Assembly (NCBI GenBank): GCA_001600815.1
Contig: BCKZ01000004.1
Location: 248,001-312,000 of the forward strand
Direction: 5' to 3'
DNA from: Alloascoidea hylecoeti
Taxonomy: Eukaryota
Length of the DNA: 64,000 nt
A program made the position numbers and the translations under genes. Positions 1 through 11,637 of this stretch are shown here, one piece after another. The notes beneath the pieces are model-generated. The model worked only from the letters and a program-made list of their open reading frames with translations, ran no database searches and was not told where the DNA came from. The first letter of the stretch is position 1. Every line of letters starts with the position of its first letter.

Positions 1-493
1 GAATGTTCTTTAACTGCAATTGGTTATACGTTTTTGATATCGCGTCACAAATTGGTATGTTGATTTTAACCGCCGGAAATTGTGCCTTCAAATATCTTAA
101 AAACAGGTTATTGGCATCATAAGCGAATAAAATCTTGAATTTGAATTTGGTTGATTTATTTTTCTCGTCCCAATAAAAATATAGCTGAAAAGATATATGA
201 TTATCGTTGTTAATATTTGAAATAGTAAGATTATTTATGTTGTCTATTATATCATATAATATCTTCATTTCATTATTCCTTGTGGAAAGGGATTTGTATA
301 ATACTTCACAATCATAATTATTAACATTGCTATTTATCGTGTTAACGTTATTGACAAAATCATGATTAGTGTTGTTGGTTAAGCTTCTGGTTATTTCAAT
401 TGGTGCTGCTTGTGTTTTATGATTAATAAGGGTAACGCTTAAATATATAGTTAATTGCAATTTGATTATATTTATGAAGTTTCTAAATCTCAT
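1..493 (-). CDS. Putative secreted protein of unknown function (partial, runs off window edge)
   Basis: ATG at 493 opens a stop-free frame of 164 codons to position 1: MRFRNFINIIKLQLTIYLSVTLINHKTQAAPIEITRS...; signal-peptide-like N-terminus ending TQA-API; Asn-rich. Absent from the ORF track because there is no in-window stop. Confidence 0.65.
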   Translation of the reverse strand, partial: MRFRNFINIIKLQLTIYLSVTLINHKTQAAPIEITRSLTNNTNHDFVNNVNTINSNVNNYDCEVLYKSLSTRNNEMKILYDIIDNINNLTISNINNDNHISFQLYFYWDEKNKSTKFKFKILFAYDANNLFLRYLKAQFPAVKINIPICDAISKTYNQLQLKNI

Positions 494-1024
494 AATTAAT
501 TATAAATAAGATATATATATCAGATAGAAATAGTTATTAATTTGAATGAATTAAATGATATAAAGTATTTAGGTCTAGAAAAAGAGTTTTCATATTTTGT
601 ATAATATAACATAGATTATCTATAGGGTTGGATAGCGCTGAATTAAACCTCAAAATGTTTAAAGATCAAAATAAGCTTTCACAGTGAAATACCCACCATA
701 TACACACCGTTTAGCATGTTTAGAAATATCTGGATCAGAATACATAGTATGCTCCTTGGTTTCCAACTTATGAAGCAATTGGAACAGAAATCTTAATCTG
801 TTAGCTTGATCCGAAGTCCGATAAGTTTGACTAATGATTATTTATCCGTTTAAACAGAATCATATCGGAGTCTTACTATTCATTCCTACTATAAATACGT
901 ATATTTTACTTTAAATTTTCTAATTTTAATAAGAAAAGTCACTTCATATTTATTATAGCAAAAAGTATTCAATTAAAGCTTGTCATAATATCATTTCAAC
1001 ATCAGCAGTCACTTAAACTTCGAC

Positions 1025-2998
1025 TTAAGGAATATAACCCATTTCCGATCCAACAATTTGTAGGGCCAATCTCTTTGAATAATATCTAGAAAGAGCTAGA
1101 TTTCCACCCATATACCAGAAATGTTCATGTCCAGATTGTCTCCAAATAACTTTTGTTTCACCTTCTTCATCGTATCCCCAAATGGGATTTAGTTTATCTG
1201 CAACTGTATCACCAAAGATCTTACGGGCTGTATCCTTCATGTTCCTATAACCGGTTGCTAAAACGACGATATCTAAATTATCAATAACTGAGCCATCTTT
1301 GAAAACAACTCCACTCTCTGTGAAATGATCAATTTCTTGGCCTCCTTTGACTTTAATATGCCCCTCAATAATTAATTTTGAGCATCCAACATCAATATAA
1401 TATCCACCTCCTCGTCTAAAATATTTACCAAATAAACCTGTGCCACCATAGCCGTAATCCAATTTAAATCCAGCTTTGGCTAAACCGTCAAGAGTTGCTT
1501 TATCTTTAACGGCAATTTGCCTAGTCTGTTGTTGGCCAATTAAGTTTGTTAAAGCTAATGGATTACCCATGTTTAGCATATCTGCAACATCAACAGGTGG
1601 TCCATCTTCTTCATAAACGCCCTTACAAATAACTCCAAGTCCGTCACCAGAAGATATAACACATGTATGAGATCTTTGAATCATCGTAACTTTTGCACCT
1701 TGTTCATAAAAGTCTTGACAAATGTCATGAGCCGAGTTACAAGATCCAACAACAATTGCATTTTTACCTTTCCAGTCAGCCCCTGTTGTATGTTGAGAAG
1801 AATGACAAATTTTCCCTTTAAAGATTTCTTGTCCTTTAAAAGTTGGTATATTTGGCTCACCTGAATGACCAGTTGCAAGAATAATATGATTTGGATGAAC
1901 AACTTTAATATCAGTAGGATCATTAACATTAGCAATTTCCACAGTCCAAGATTTTGTTTCAGGGTGATATACAGTACTTTTAACTGTTGTCTCATTCCAA
2001 ACATTCAACTCCATAGACCTTGCATAGGATTCAAACCAATCACCAAGTTTATCTTTTGGTGTGAAAATTGGCCATGTTGGCGGAAAATTAATGTAAGGTA
2101 AATGATCATACCAAACAGGATCATGAAGAACTAAGAATTTATATCTATTTCTCCAATTATCACCAATTTTTTTATTCTTTTCAATTATTAATGATCTAAT
2201 ACCAAATGATTTTAATCTAGCCGCTGTTGTTAAGCCACCCTGTCCACCACCGATAATCAAAACTACTGGTTCATTTTGTTCATTTATATTCATATCCTCT
2301 TGTCTCCTTTCTACCCATGATTTTCTATTTTTATGCTGGCCATGATTGACTCCAGGTGGTCTATTATGTCCAAGTTTTTCAATATGCTCAGCTGTTGGAT
2401 CATCAAGACCTTCTAAAAGAGTGTAAATAGATAGAGCTTTCAGACCAATTGGTGAATTATCATCATCAACAGAAACAAGTCTAACAATTCCTCTGCCAAA
2501 CCCCAATTTGGACTTAAATGTTACAAATACATGTAACCATTCAATCGGTGGATTTGATTCATTGCCTTCATGAATTGTAGTTAATTTAATACCACCTGGG
2601 AAGTTTCTGGGATCTATCAATTTATCCACTTTGAAATTTCCAACTTTTGATTCTTTAAATTTAATTACATTTTTAAGGATTCCATCATTATTATCATTTG
2701 AGAAAGTATGAAAGTCAAATTCAAATCCTAAATGATCTTTCCAAGTACTTTTAGATAAAAAAAGGTTTTTAAAAGTTTCCTGATATGATCCATTTCCTGG
2801 GTCCGAGTATAATTTATCCAACGAAGAATTAAATAAAACGATCCATGCAGAGGCTAATGCGGATAAATTCTTGGTCCTTAGTTGACTCGGATTAGGTTTA
2901 CTCGAACCATAAATTTCCGTTGCTGGAATATTTACAGAAGGAGGCTTAAAAGTTACATCTGGTAACAGTAGGTTGTTAGTCCTTTGATCCATAGACAT
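1025..2998 (-). CDS. Flavin-containing monooxygenase (class B, large YUCCA/CzcO-like type with N-terminal extension)
   Basis: GGGQGG FAD motif, WRNRY..L.LH, ATGHSG, FMO fingerprint FKGKICHSSQH, VVGSCNSAHD NADPH motif, ATGY. First ATG at 2998 (MSMDQ); the ORF track starts at an upstream TTG. Confidence 0.9.
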   Translation of the reverse strand: MSMDQRTNNLLLPDVTFKPPSVNIPATEIYGSSKPNPSQLRTKNLSALASAWIVLFNSSLDKLYSDPGNGSYQETFKNLFLSKSTWKDHLGFEFDFHTFSNDNNDGILKNVIKFKESKVGNFKVDKLIDPRNFPGGIKLTTIHEGNESNPPIEWLHVFVTFKSKLGFGRGIVRLVSVDDDNSPIGLKALSIYTLLEGLDDPTAEHIEKLGHNRPPGVNHGQHKNRKSWVERRQEDMNINEQNEPVVLIIGGGQGGLTTAARLKSFGIRSLIIEKNKKIGDNWRNRYKFLVLHDPVWYDHLPYINFPPTWPIFTPKDKLGDWFESYARSMELNVWNETTVKSTVYHPETKSWTVEIANVNDPTDIKVVHPNHIILATGHSGEPNIPTFKGQEIFKGKICHSSQHTTGADWKGKNAIVVGSCNSAHDICQDFYEQGAKVTMIQRSHTCVISSGDGLGVICKGVYEEDGPPVDVADMLNMGNPLALTNLIGQQQTRQIAVKDKATLDGLAKAGFKLDYGYGGTGLFGKYFRRGGGYYIDVGCSKLIIEGHIKVKGGQEIDHFTESGVVFKDGSVIDNLDIVVLATGYRNMKDTARKIFGDTVADKLNPIWGYDEEGETKVIWRQSGHEHFWYMGGNLALSRYYSKRLALQIVGSEMGYIP

Positions 2999-4620
2999 GT
3001 TTATGAGTACTGAATTATGTATTTTTAAAGGGATATGTTCACGATATATATATGATCTTAGGATATGGGTTGCGATTGTATATGCATGGCTACCCCACAA
3101 TTCCAAATTATTTTATATTGATAGCAGCGGGTACATATTATTCTAAAACGACATAGCCGTTAGATAAAATCGCATACGTTCAAAATATCTGATGGGTTAA
3201 GCGAGGAGACACAAAATCCTCCCCGCTTCTATAAATATATGGAACATATCCTCTCCATTTCGGATGGCTGGAAAGCCTGGAATAATATATAAAGATAAGG
3301 ATATAAATTAGTTCCATTGAATCAACCGAACCGGATAAATATTATATATATTATATTATAGTTATATTATATAGTTATATTATATTATAATTATATAACC
3401 CTCAATTTTAACCGTTAATTCTTATTAGTATGATTATTAATTTATTTGAAAGATATCTTTGTTACTAAATCTAGAACATTAAGAAATATGGTTATAATTC
3501 GTAATTTAATTTGTATTCAATAATGGTTTAGCTAAACTAATATCATTAACACTTCAGTAGTATTGACTTCCGAGTCCCGACAGTATACGTATGCATACAC
3601 ATAGTAAAAGCTGGTTCTGATTTTATATACACTTTATATGTACTTCAATTCAACCACTGGAAAAATTTTCCAGGAAGTAAAATATACATTCACCGGTCTC
3701 ATAGTTTCGGCTAACTGTTGGTTTGTCTAGGATTTAAGAGGTTAGTTACCCGTATTGTCAACTTCTATATCTTAGATAACAGATCAAACCACCTTAAATC
3801 AGCAAAGGGATCAAGTACTAATAGAAGAGAAAAAGAAAGGTTAATTATAACTAAGTTTTAGTTTCATTACTATTGATACGATCAGAAATATATATCTATT
3901 ATTTCTGAATAACAAATAAGATGGCTAGGACTGTATAATTTTTCCTTAATAGGTTATTTTATGTTTAAATTTGTCTTCAATTATGGTTTTAAATTAATTT
4001 ATAATAAAAATGTAAAGGACTATTATTGTACATCATAATTGATACGAGGCACTACTAGACTAATTATATATAAGTGTGTCCACAGAAGGATATTCCTATA
4101 GACAGAGATGTTAACGGTATCTTTATAGTTTGCAATCCGAGGTTTTGTAATATTAATAGAATCGGAAATTTTTTTTTGCTGAAGCAAAAAGCCATATGCA
4201 GATGCCTAAACACTACTGAAGTTACTTCTTCGGGCCACAACAGATATTTAAGATTTATTGTGGTATAAGCTTATATGATTACTCGAGCTATCTTCTGGTA
4301 ATATCAGTAGAACTCTTCACCTTCGATGAGCTGGTGATATGCTTGCTGTTAGTTATATATACGGTATATGAATTGAAACACTTTTGATTACAAATACAAT
4401 AAACTATAAACTGCTTTATATATAATAACAATATACATGAATTATAGGTGAAGTTCAACAGTTCACCTTTTTTTAAAAACGTGTGTAAGCTTCAAATTCA
4501 ACTTTAAACTTAAAGTAATATAAAAGTTGCAGTAGAAAAATTCTTTAGAGTAAATATAAGACGATCATATACAATTACAATTTTAACCGATAATAAAATT
4601 TTATTTGTTTATGCTTTATA

Positions 4621-6310
4621 ATCAAACATATTAACGCAAATCATGCCAGAAATCAGCTTCATGACGAAACTATGGAAAGAAACCATACTATAGAAGATAT
4701 TAAAACTTCCACGATCATTGATACTATTACCCCACGAAACCAAAATGGTAGTACGCGCATAGCTGATCCTGATGATGATTTAACAGTCATAGGGTAATTT
4801 TCGGTCGTATATCAGTGGAAGACCTGACGAACTCACTTTGTGTATCGGTATAATTGGCTTCGTAATCCGCAACTCTGGGGGAAAAAATTAATCCCATCTC
4901 ATATATACCATCTTAATACTACATGGATATCAAAAATGAGAAGGTTGAAAAGAAAGTTAAAAGTTGAGATGATTAAAAAGAGGAGTTAGATGCTGCAATT
5001 ACTTTTGAAAGAGTATATATAAGATATCACAATACTACCCCCGAACGAATGAATGTTGAAACTTTATATATAAGTCCAAAAGATTCGATGTTCCAGGAAT
5101 ATATATATAAAACAGTGTATTCAAATTTGCAATACAAACTGGCCGGAGATGCATATGATTTCTTTAAAATAAGTAATATCGATATTTAAGAAGATACCAG
5201 TAATCACGACATTAAAATTTATCCAATAAGTTTAAGTATTGGAAATTTCACGATACATCAACATCACAACTCCAAATATTCAATGAAACTTTAAATTAAA
5301 GATCGAGCATAAGCCCCAACTCATTTGATGATAGTATAAATTTTCTAATGAATGGTAGGTATTATTATGCAGCTTCCATTTTGGTAAGATCATGGAATTC
5401 GTAATAAAATCTTTCAAACTAAAACAAAAAACAAACAAAATTCTTTTACTTCATGAGTATGCTATCACTATAATTGAGCTAAAAATGGCAAATTCAAAGC
5501 TTGAAACCAACTGCGAGAGTTTCCATACTATACTTCTGATAAGAATATAAATTTAAATCGCACTTCAAAATGTATTTATTTGAGATGAATCTTTTGTCAT
5601 TCTCTATGTGGTAGCAGTATATCATGGCAATGGAAATATAGTAGTTTGTACGAACTGCGAAATTGACGTAATGTCAAGATTTTGTGTCTTGCGAGATAAG
5701 AAAATATTCGAACCCTATAATTTTCCAGATACAGCAGTAATTATAGGCCTAGATAATCCAAATGGCTATAACCTTGTCACTTTAAATCTATTGACCGGGG
5801 GAGCAGTTTTTCCTACTGGTATTTTCTCAGATCTTTATTTTTCATATGCATGTCATGGGCTCCAGATACATATATATAAGTTTGCAATTGAAGGTTACGA
5901 TGCAACTGTAGATACTAATTTTAATGTTGGAGAAGTAAACTCTTCTATACATTCAGGTATAACAGGTTCAAGCAATCAAAACATTAATTTTGTAATTGAA
6001 ATGCGATATAGTTGTCTATCTAATCCTCGCAAAAGAGAGCACAATTGATGAAATCTATAAATGGCGCACTGGGAAATTGGTAACTCGAATTATAAAGAAA
6101 TCTTCTAGCTTTTACAATCCCTTAAGGTTGGGTCATTGAAATTTTGAGAGTAATTATACATTTGCAGTTGATCGAATTTACATTCAATTTTCTTTCTCCA
6201 AAAATCGTAAACAATCGAAAAAATATCTAAGGGGTCTATACAAGATTGATTCTTCAGTTGCAATTTTCAAGGGGTTGATGGGAACTTGCAGATTAATATA
6301 TTAATATAAC
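4621..6310 (+). pseudogene. Possible decayed coding sequence of unknown family
   Basis: Several protein-like frames on the same strand broken by isolated stops (e.g. 4923-5295 MDIKNEKVEKKVKS*DD*KEELDAAITFERVYIRY...), plus the 146-codon open frame 5608-6048; no family recognised. Confidence 0.3.
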
Positions 6311-6826
6311 TATCAGTGCTGATTCTGATATCGATTATATTTATATGCGATGCCGTGTTTTATAGTCAATTGGAATATACTGAGATTGACCGTGATTGAG
6401 TTTTATTGAATGAGAATAAAATGATCAAATAAATGAATTACGGATAAATATAATACCGAAGATTAACTCACGCCTATAACCTTTCCTCCATTTCCCGAAC
6501 ATCAGCTTGCCATGTGCCGATAATTATTCAGACAAATGATAAATATTAATCATAAAATTTGCGATTCTGATTAACGGATTGCCGAAATTTAAACCCATAC
6601 TATAGTTGGGGCCCCGGGTTTCAAGCTTATAACTCGCGATGTCAGTTTTGGCGAGATCCGCCGCAATGGTTTCAGGTATGCCTGTAATATGATAAGTCTA
6701 ATTATAAGGTATATTGCAATTGTTTGAAGATTAATGAGAAACGTAAATTAATTTATGTACAACTATAATGTTATCTCAAAAAGTATTCCATATGTAAGAT
6801 CTTATATAATATTTAAAACTTATTGC

Positions 6827-7618
6827 TTACTGACTTGATTTTGATGGTTTTGAGTTAGCATATTGAATATCTAATGCTTTTCCACGGAAATCTGAACCTT
6901 TTAAAACCTCCAAGGCACTTCGTGCTATTTCAATCGATTCAAGTGTAACAAACCCAAAACCTCTAGATTTTCCAGAATAAGCAAATTGTGGGGCTCTGAC
7001 ATCACTAACTACGCCGTATGCCTTGAAAATATCCTTAAGATCATCTTTTGTAACATCTTCAGGTAAGTTGTTGATATAAAGAGTTGTGGATGGAGTAGAT
7101 GGTGCTGATTCTTTTTTAGGCTTAGAAGTCGACTTGCTGACATAAACAACACGTCCTTCTACTTCAGTGCTGTTTAAGCTACTAATTGCAGTATTGGCAT
7201 CCTCAACCTTAGCAAAAGTAACAAACCCATATCCTCTAGATGTGCCGAATTTTGGATTAATCGAAAGATGAGCTTCTTCAACTTCACCATATTTTCGTGC
7301 AGCTTCCAAAAGTTGTTCATTGGTGAATTCCGTACCTAAACCAGCAACAAAAATAGTTCTATCAGATTGAGATTGTGTCTGGTCAGATGTGGATTCTTGA
7401 TTTAAGATGATTGATGAGTGAATTGATCTTGCCATTGATAGTGCTGGGTTTGAAACAGGTGTAATAAATTTTTGAGTGGTCAAACTCATAATTCCAAATC
7501 TATTAACTATTGAGCCCATGCGAACATAAGACCTGGTAGATAAAGCATATTTCTTAGCTTGACAAACTAAGAATCTTGGTGCAGAGTTTTGACATTTTAA
7601 AATTGATAAAGCAGACAT
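6827..7618 (-). CDS. Two-RRM RNA-binding protein with predicted mitochondrial presequence
   Basis: RNP2/RNP1 pairs IFVAGL/RGYGFVTF and LYINNL/RGFGFVTL; the N-terminal ~70 aa are Arg/Ser/Leu-rich with no acidic residues and end in ARSIHSS; ATG at 7618. Confidence 0.85.
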   Translation of the reverse strand: MSALSILKCQNSAPRFLVCQAKKYALSTRSYVRMGSIVNRFGIMSLTTQKFITPVSNPALSMARSIHSSIILNQESTSDQTQSQSDRTIFVAGLGTEFTNEQLLEAARKYGEVEEAHLSINPKFGTSRGYGFVTFAKVEDANTAISSLNSTEVEGRVVYVSKSTSKPKKESAPSTPSTTLYINNLPEDVTKDDLKDIFKAYGVVSDVRAPQFAYSGKSRGFGFVTLESIEIARSALEVLKGSDFRGKALDIQYANSKPSKSSQ

Positions 7619-7805
7619 TTTTGATGGATGAATCACGAAATGGTGAACAATTGGATTAGGAGAAAATTTTAGTTAATATAGATGGTTACCCTGACTTATA
7701 CATCATATAAGTTTACTGTATTAATAATATTGAGCAAAAAAGAGTTTACTTTATTTAAATATATTATTTATTTAGTTTTTTATTTATATATTGAAGTCTT
7801 AGTAT

Positions 7806-9625
7806 TTAAGCATCGATTAAATTCTCTTCTTGATGTTCAGCTTCATCAACTTCTTCAGGTTCACGATCAACATCTCTTGCCCTTTCATAAAATTCATCTA
7901 AAATCTTTGGTGAAATACGATTTAAGAATTGTTTAGGATAAATTCTTAATAATGACCATGCTTGATCTAAACTTTCAAAAATTGTTCTGTTTTCATAAGC
8001 ACCTTGAGCAATGAAAGTCTTTTCGAATTTTTCTAAAAATTCTAATGAAAGTTTATCTTCAACTGATAAAGCTTCTTCACCAACAACTGCTTTCATTGCA
8101 GCAGCATCTCTACCAATAGCATATTTTGCATACAATTGATTAGAAACATCAGAATGATCCTTTCTTGTCATACCTTCACCAATAGCAGATTTCATTAATC
8201 TTGATAATGATGGCAAAACATTAATAGGTGGGTAAATACCACGATTATGTAATTGACGATCGATAGAGATTTGTCCTTCTGTAATATAACCAGTCAAATC
8301 AGGAATTGGATGGGTAATATCATCGTTTGGCATTGTTAAAATTGGGATTTGAGTAATGGAACCATTTCTACCTTCCACACGTCCAGCTCTCTCATAGATT
8401 GTTGATAAATCGGTATACATATAACCAGGATAACCTCTTCTACCAGGGACTTCTTCTCTTGCGGCGGAAATTTCACGCAAAGCGTCAGCATAAGAAGACA
8501 TATCAGTTAAAATAGTTAAGACGTGACGTTCAGTTTGATAAGCTAAATATTCAGCAGTTGTTAAAGCCAATCTTGGAGTAATAATTCTTTCAATTGTTGG
8601 ATCATTTGCCAAATTTAAGAATAAAGCAGTACGTTCTAAAGATCCATTCTCTTCGAAATCTTGTTTAAAGAATCTTGAAGTTTCTAAATTAACACCCATA
8701 GCAGCGAAAACAATACTGAAATTGTCCTCATGACCATCATGAACATCTTTAGTTGGTCTAACTAAACCTGCTTGACGACAAATCTGAGCAGCAATTTCAT
8801 TATGTGGTAAACCAGATGCAGAAAAAATAGGGATCTTTTGACCTCTTGCAATTGAATTCATCGTATCAATTGCTGAAATACCGGTAGAAATCATTTCTTC
8901 TGGATAAATTCTAGCATAAGGATTAATTGGAGAACCATTAATATCTAGAAAATCTTCAGCAAAAACTTTTGGACCGTTATCAATTGGACGACCGGAACCA
9001 TCGAATATACGTCCTAACGAATCTTCACTAACAGCAATTTTTAAACTTTCACCAGTAAATTCAACTTTTGTCTTTTTAACATCAATACCTGATGTACCTT
9101 CAAAGACCTGAACAATTGCTCGATCACCACGTACCTCTAACACTTTACCAGCACGGATTGTACCATCGGGAAGAGTTAAATTAACAATTTCATCGTATCT
9201 TGGGAATTTAACATTTTCTAAAATGACTAATGGACCATTTACACCACCAACAGTATTGTATCTATGTGTGAAAGAAAAAAGTTAGAAATAAAAAGGGAGA
9301 CAAAGATATAAAGTGGTATATGTAATCATTAGTGGAGACATGTATATTTTAAATAATAAAGACTTACTCAAGACGAGGTTTAATCTTAAATCCCTCGGTG
9401 ACGGCCTTTGTATTTAAATCAACTATTAACAAGTAATTAATGTTAGATATTAGAAGAAAAAATGTTGATAAAAGGATGTGATTCTGAATGTAAGATAATC
9501 AAAAAGAACAATCAATCTCCCAAATCTCCATATAACGTCAAACAATAACCGACAAAAGATAATACCATTCATAGCAAACAGTAGCCCAAAAAACACATAC
9601 AAAGCTCTTTATCAGATAAACTCAT
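7806..9625 (-). CDS. VMA2: V-type ATPase V1 subunit B
   Basis: Exons 9601-9625, 9368-9422, 7806-9261; introns GTATGT..TCTAAC..TAG and GTAAGT..TTCTAAC..TAG. Spliced N-terminus [61 protein letters not shown] and [14 protein letters not shown] motifs. Confidence 0.98.
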
Positions 9626-9740
9626 TTTTCAATTTCTTCTCCCTCTTTTGAAACAATTGGGTTCTTTTTGAACGATTGGGTACAAAACAGGGTTGGGGGA
9701 GTGTTTTAAAACAATCTTCTAAGAGAGGTCTGAATAAATC

Positions 9741-9746
9741 CACGTG
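9741..9746. promoter_or_regulatory. CACGTG E-box in the VMA2 promoter
   Basis: Palindromic bHLH site ~115 bp upstream of the VMA2 ATG, within a 200-bp intergenic gap. Confidence 0.4.
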
Positions 9747-9824
9747 CTGAAATATACACAGCCTAACTTTTGAAGGATGTAAGCCAATAAACTTAAAATA
9801 TCCATTTATTTAGTATTTAACTAT

Positions 9825-11462
9825 TTAATTAAGTATATATGGAACGTCTTTTCCATCGATATCCAAAACAACAACATTCCATTCCGTACTGCTATCATTT
9901 GATATAACTTCGGAGTCTTTGGTCTCCAACATTGATGAAAGAATAGTTTGTGTAACATCTTCTAATGTTATTTCTTTGTTTAATACTGGACCCGGTTTGG
10001 ATACTGATTCTGTATTAATTCTGTCATTTCCATTTTCATTATTGTTATTATGATTTCTATTTTTAATGGTTGATAAAGTGCCAGAATTAATTAAGTTTGC
10101 CATAACTTCATCAATTGCAACAATTTCATTGATACTATCACCTTTTAAATCTTTATTATTATCAATTATATTATTTGATAAAATTTTAAAATTAATTGCT
10201 AACATTGATAAAGCAATAGAATATGTTTTTAATAATTCATAATATGGACCTGTAACATTACCTGATGTTAAATCCTTTATACTTTTTTTAAAATTTAATG
10301 AAATGTTTTGATTATATTTTATATTTTTTGAAATTTTAAAATCTTTTGTTGATGAAATTGATGGTGATGAAGTAGAATCAAATAAAATAATTTTGTAAGG
10401 TAATTGAATATTAAAATAATAAGATATTAATATCATAAAATGGCATAATCTTTCCATGAAATAATTTAATGATTCTACTGGTATATGGTGTAATCTTGTT
10501 AAATTTGGGATTTTTGAAAAAGATATAATCATTGCTGTTGATGAATTACTATTATTGTTGTTTGATACTTCTTCAATTGAGGATATTTGGATATGTTTCT
10601 TTTTTGAAATGTTTTTCTTTTTAATACCTAATAATGAAACAATATCTTGAAAATAAACAGCTCTTAAATCATTAATATTTGATTTATTTTCATAATTTTT
10701 TTTAAAAATTTCATTAATATCATCATTTTCATTATTTAAAAATATATTATGATTATTAATTTTATTATTCATTTCCTTCAAAAATATTTTTTTTTCATTT
10801 AATTTCTTTTTTAATTCTTGAATATTTTCATTAATCTCATTAATTTTTGGTTTTATTAAACTTGATTTTTCTTTAAATTCATTAATTTCTAATTTTGATG
10901 ATTTATGCGATATTTTTGATAAACCAATTGATAAGGCTTTTATACTTTCATTATTATTATTTATGTCATTATTGTTTTCATCTAATGATGAGGATAGAAA
11001 ATCGGGGGTTACTGCTTTTGATAGAATTTCATTTACTCTATTTTTATAGTCGTTTAATTGATTCGTGGTATTTATTCTCTCAGATTGTAGTTTTGTTAAT
11101 GATTCTTTAACGCATGATGAGCATAATAAGTTGCCTACTTGATAATTTTCCCTTTTCTTATGCAAATGGTGGTTGTGAAGTTGAAGTTGATTAGAATGAG
11201 GAACCAAATGTTTCCTAGTTGATAGGGAACTTGGAGGATATCTCCTTCTGCTGGATGTGTCAGAAGGGTAAGAAAATCGTTGTTGCTTCCCTCGTAAGCG
11301 ATCTGGTATAGCATTTATTGGAGGAGAGTCTTTGGGATAAGACTTGGGGAGCCTATCTTTTGGATTCTGAGATCCCCGTGCATCCCGTAGATCCTGTGAT
11401 ACCTGGTGACCATTTAAGGAGGTGGAGAATGGAACGTTACAAAATCCACAGTGAGGGACCAT
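9825..11462 (-). CDS. ATG14: Atg14/UVRAG-like PI3-kinase complex subunit
   Basis: N-terminal CGFC...CSSC cysteine pairs, followed by a long coiled coil and then a ERLCHFMILISYYFNIQLPYKI segment typical of Atg14/Vps38-type proteins. Likely start MVPHCGFC at 11462 (alternative in-frame ATG at 11531). Confidence 0.7.
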   Translation of the reverse strand: MVPHCGFCNVPFSTSLNGHQVSQDLRDARGSQNPKDRLPKSYPKDSPPINAIPDRLRGKQQRFSYPSDTSSRRRYPPSSLSTRKHLVPHSNQLQLHNHHLHKKRENYQVGNLLCSSCVKESLTKLQSERINTTNQLNDYKNRVNEILSKAVTPDFLSSSLDENNNDINNNNESIKALSIGLSKISHKSSKLEINEFKEKSSLIKPKINEINENIQELKKKLNEKKIFLKEMNNKINNHNIFLNNENDDINEIFKKNYENKSNINDLRAVYFQDIVSLLGIKKKNISKKKHIQISSIEEVSNNNNSNSSTAMIISFSKIPNLTRLHHIPVESLNYFMERLCHFMILISYYFNIQLPYKIILFDSTSSPSISSTKDFKISKNIKYNQNISLNFKKSIKDLTSGNVTGPYYELLKTYSIALSMLAINFKILSNNIIDNNKDLKGDSINEIVAIDEVMANLINSGTLSTIKNRNHNNNNENGNDRINTESVSKPGPVLNKEITLEDVTQTILSSMLETKDSEVISNDSSTEWNVVVLDIDGKDVPYILN

Positions 11463-11637
11463 CGCAATAGATTTGAATGGTATTAAGATTGGAGGTTTCT
11501 TATATTTGTAATTCCCGGATGTTTTAAGCATGCTCTTCCGGGATTTCCATGTTTTGGAATAGACAACCTTCCAGATATTTCTGTCTTTCCCTTATTTCCA
11601 ATCTGTTTTCCTTTTTTTTTTCGTCTCGTTCAAAGAT

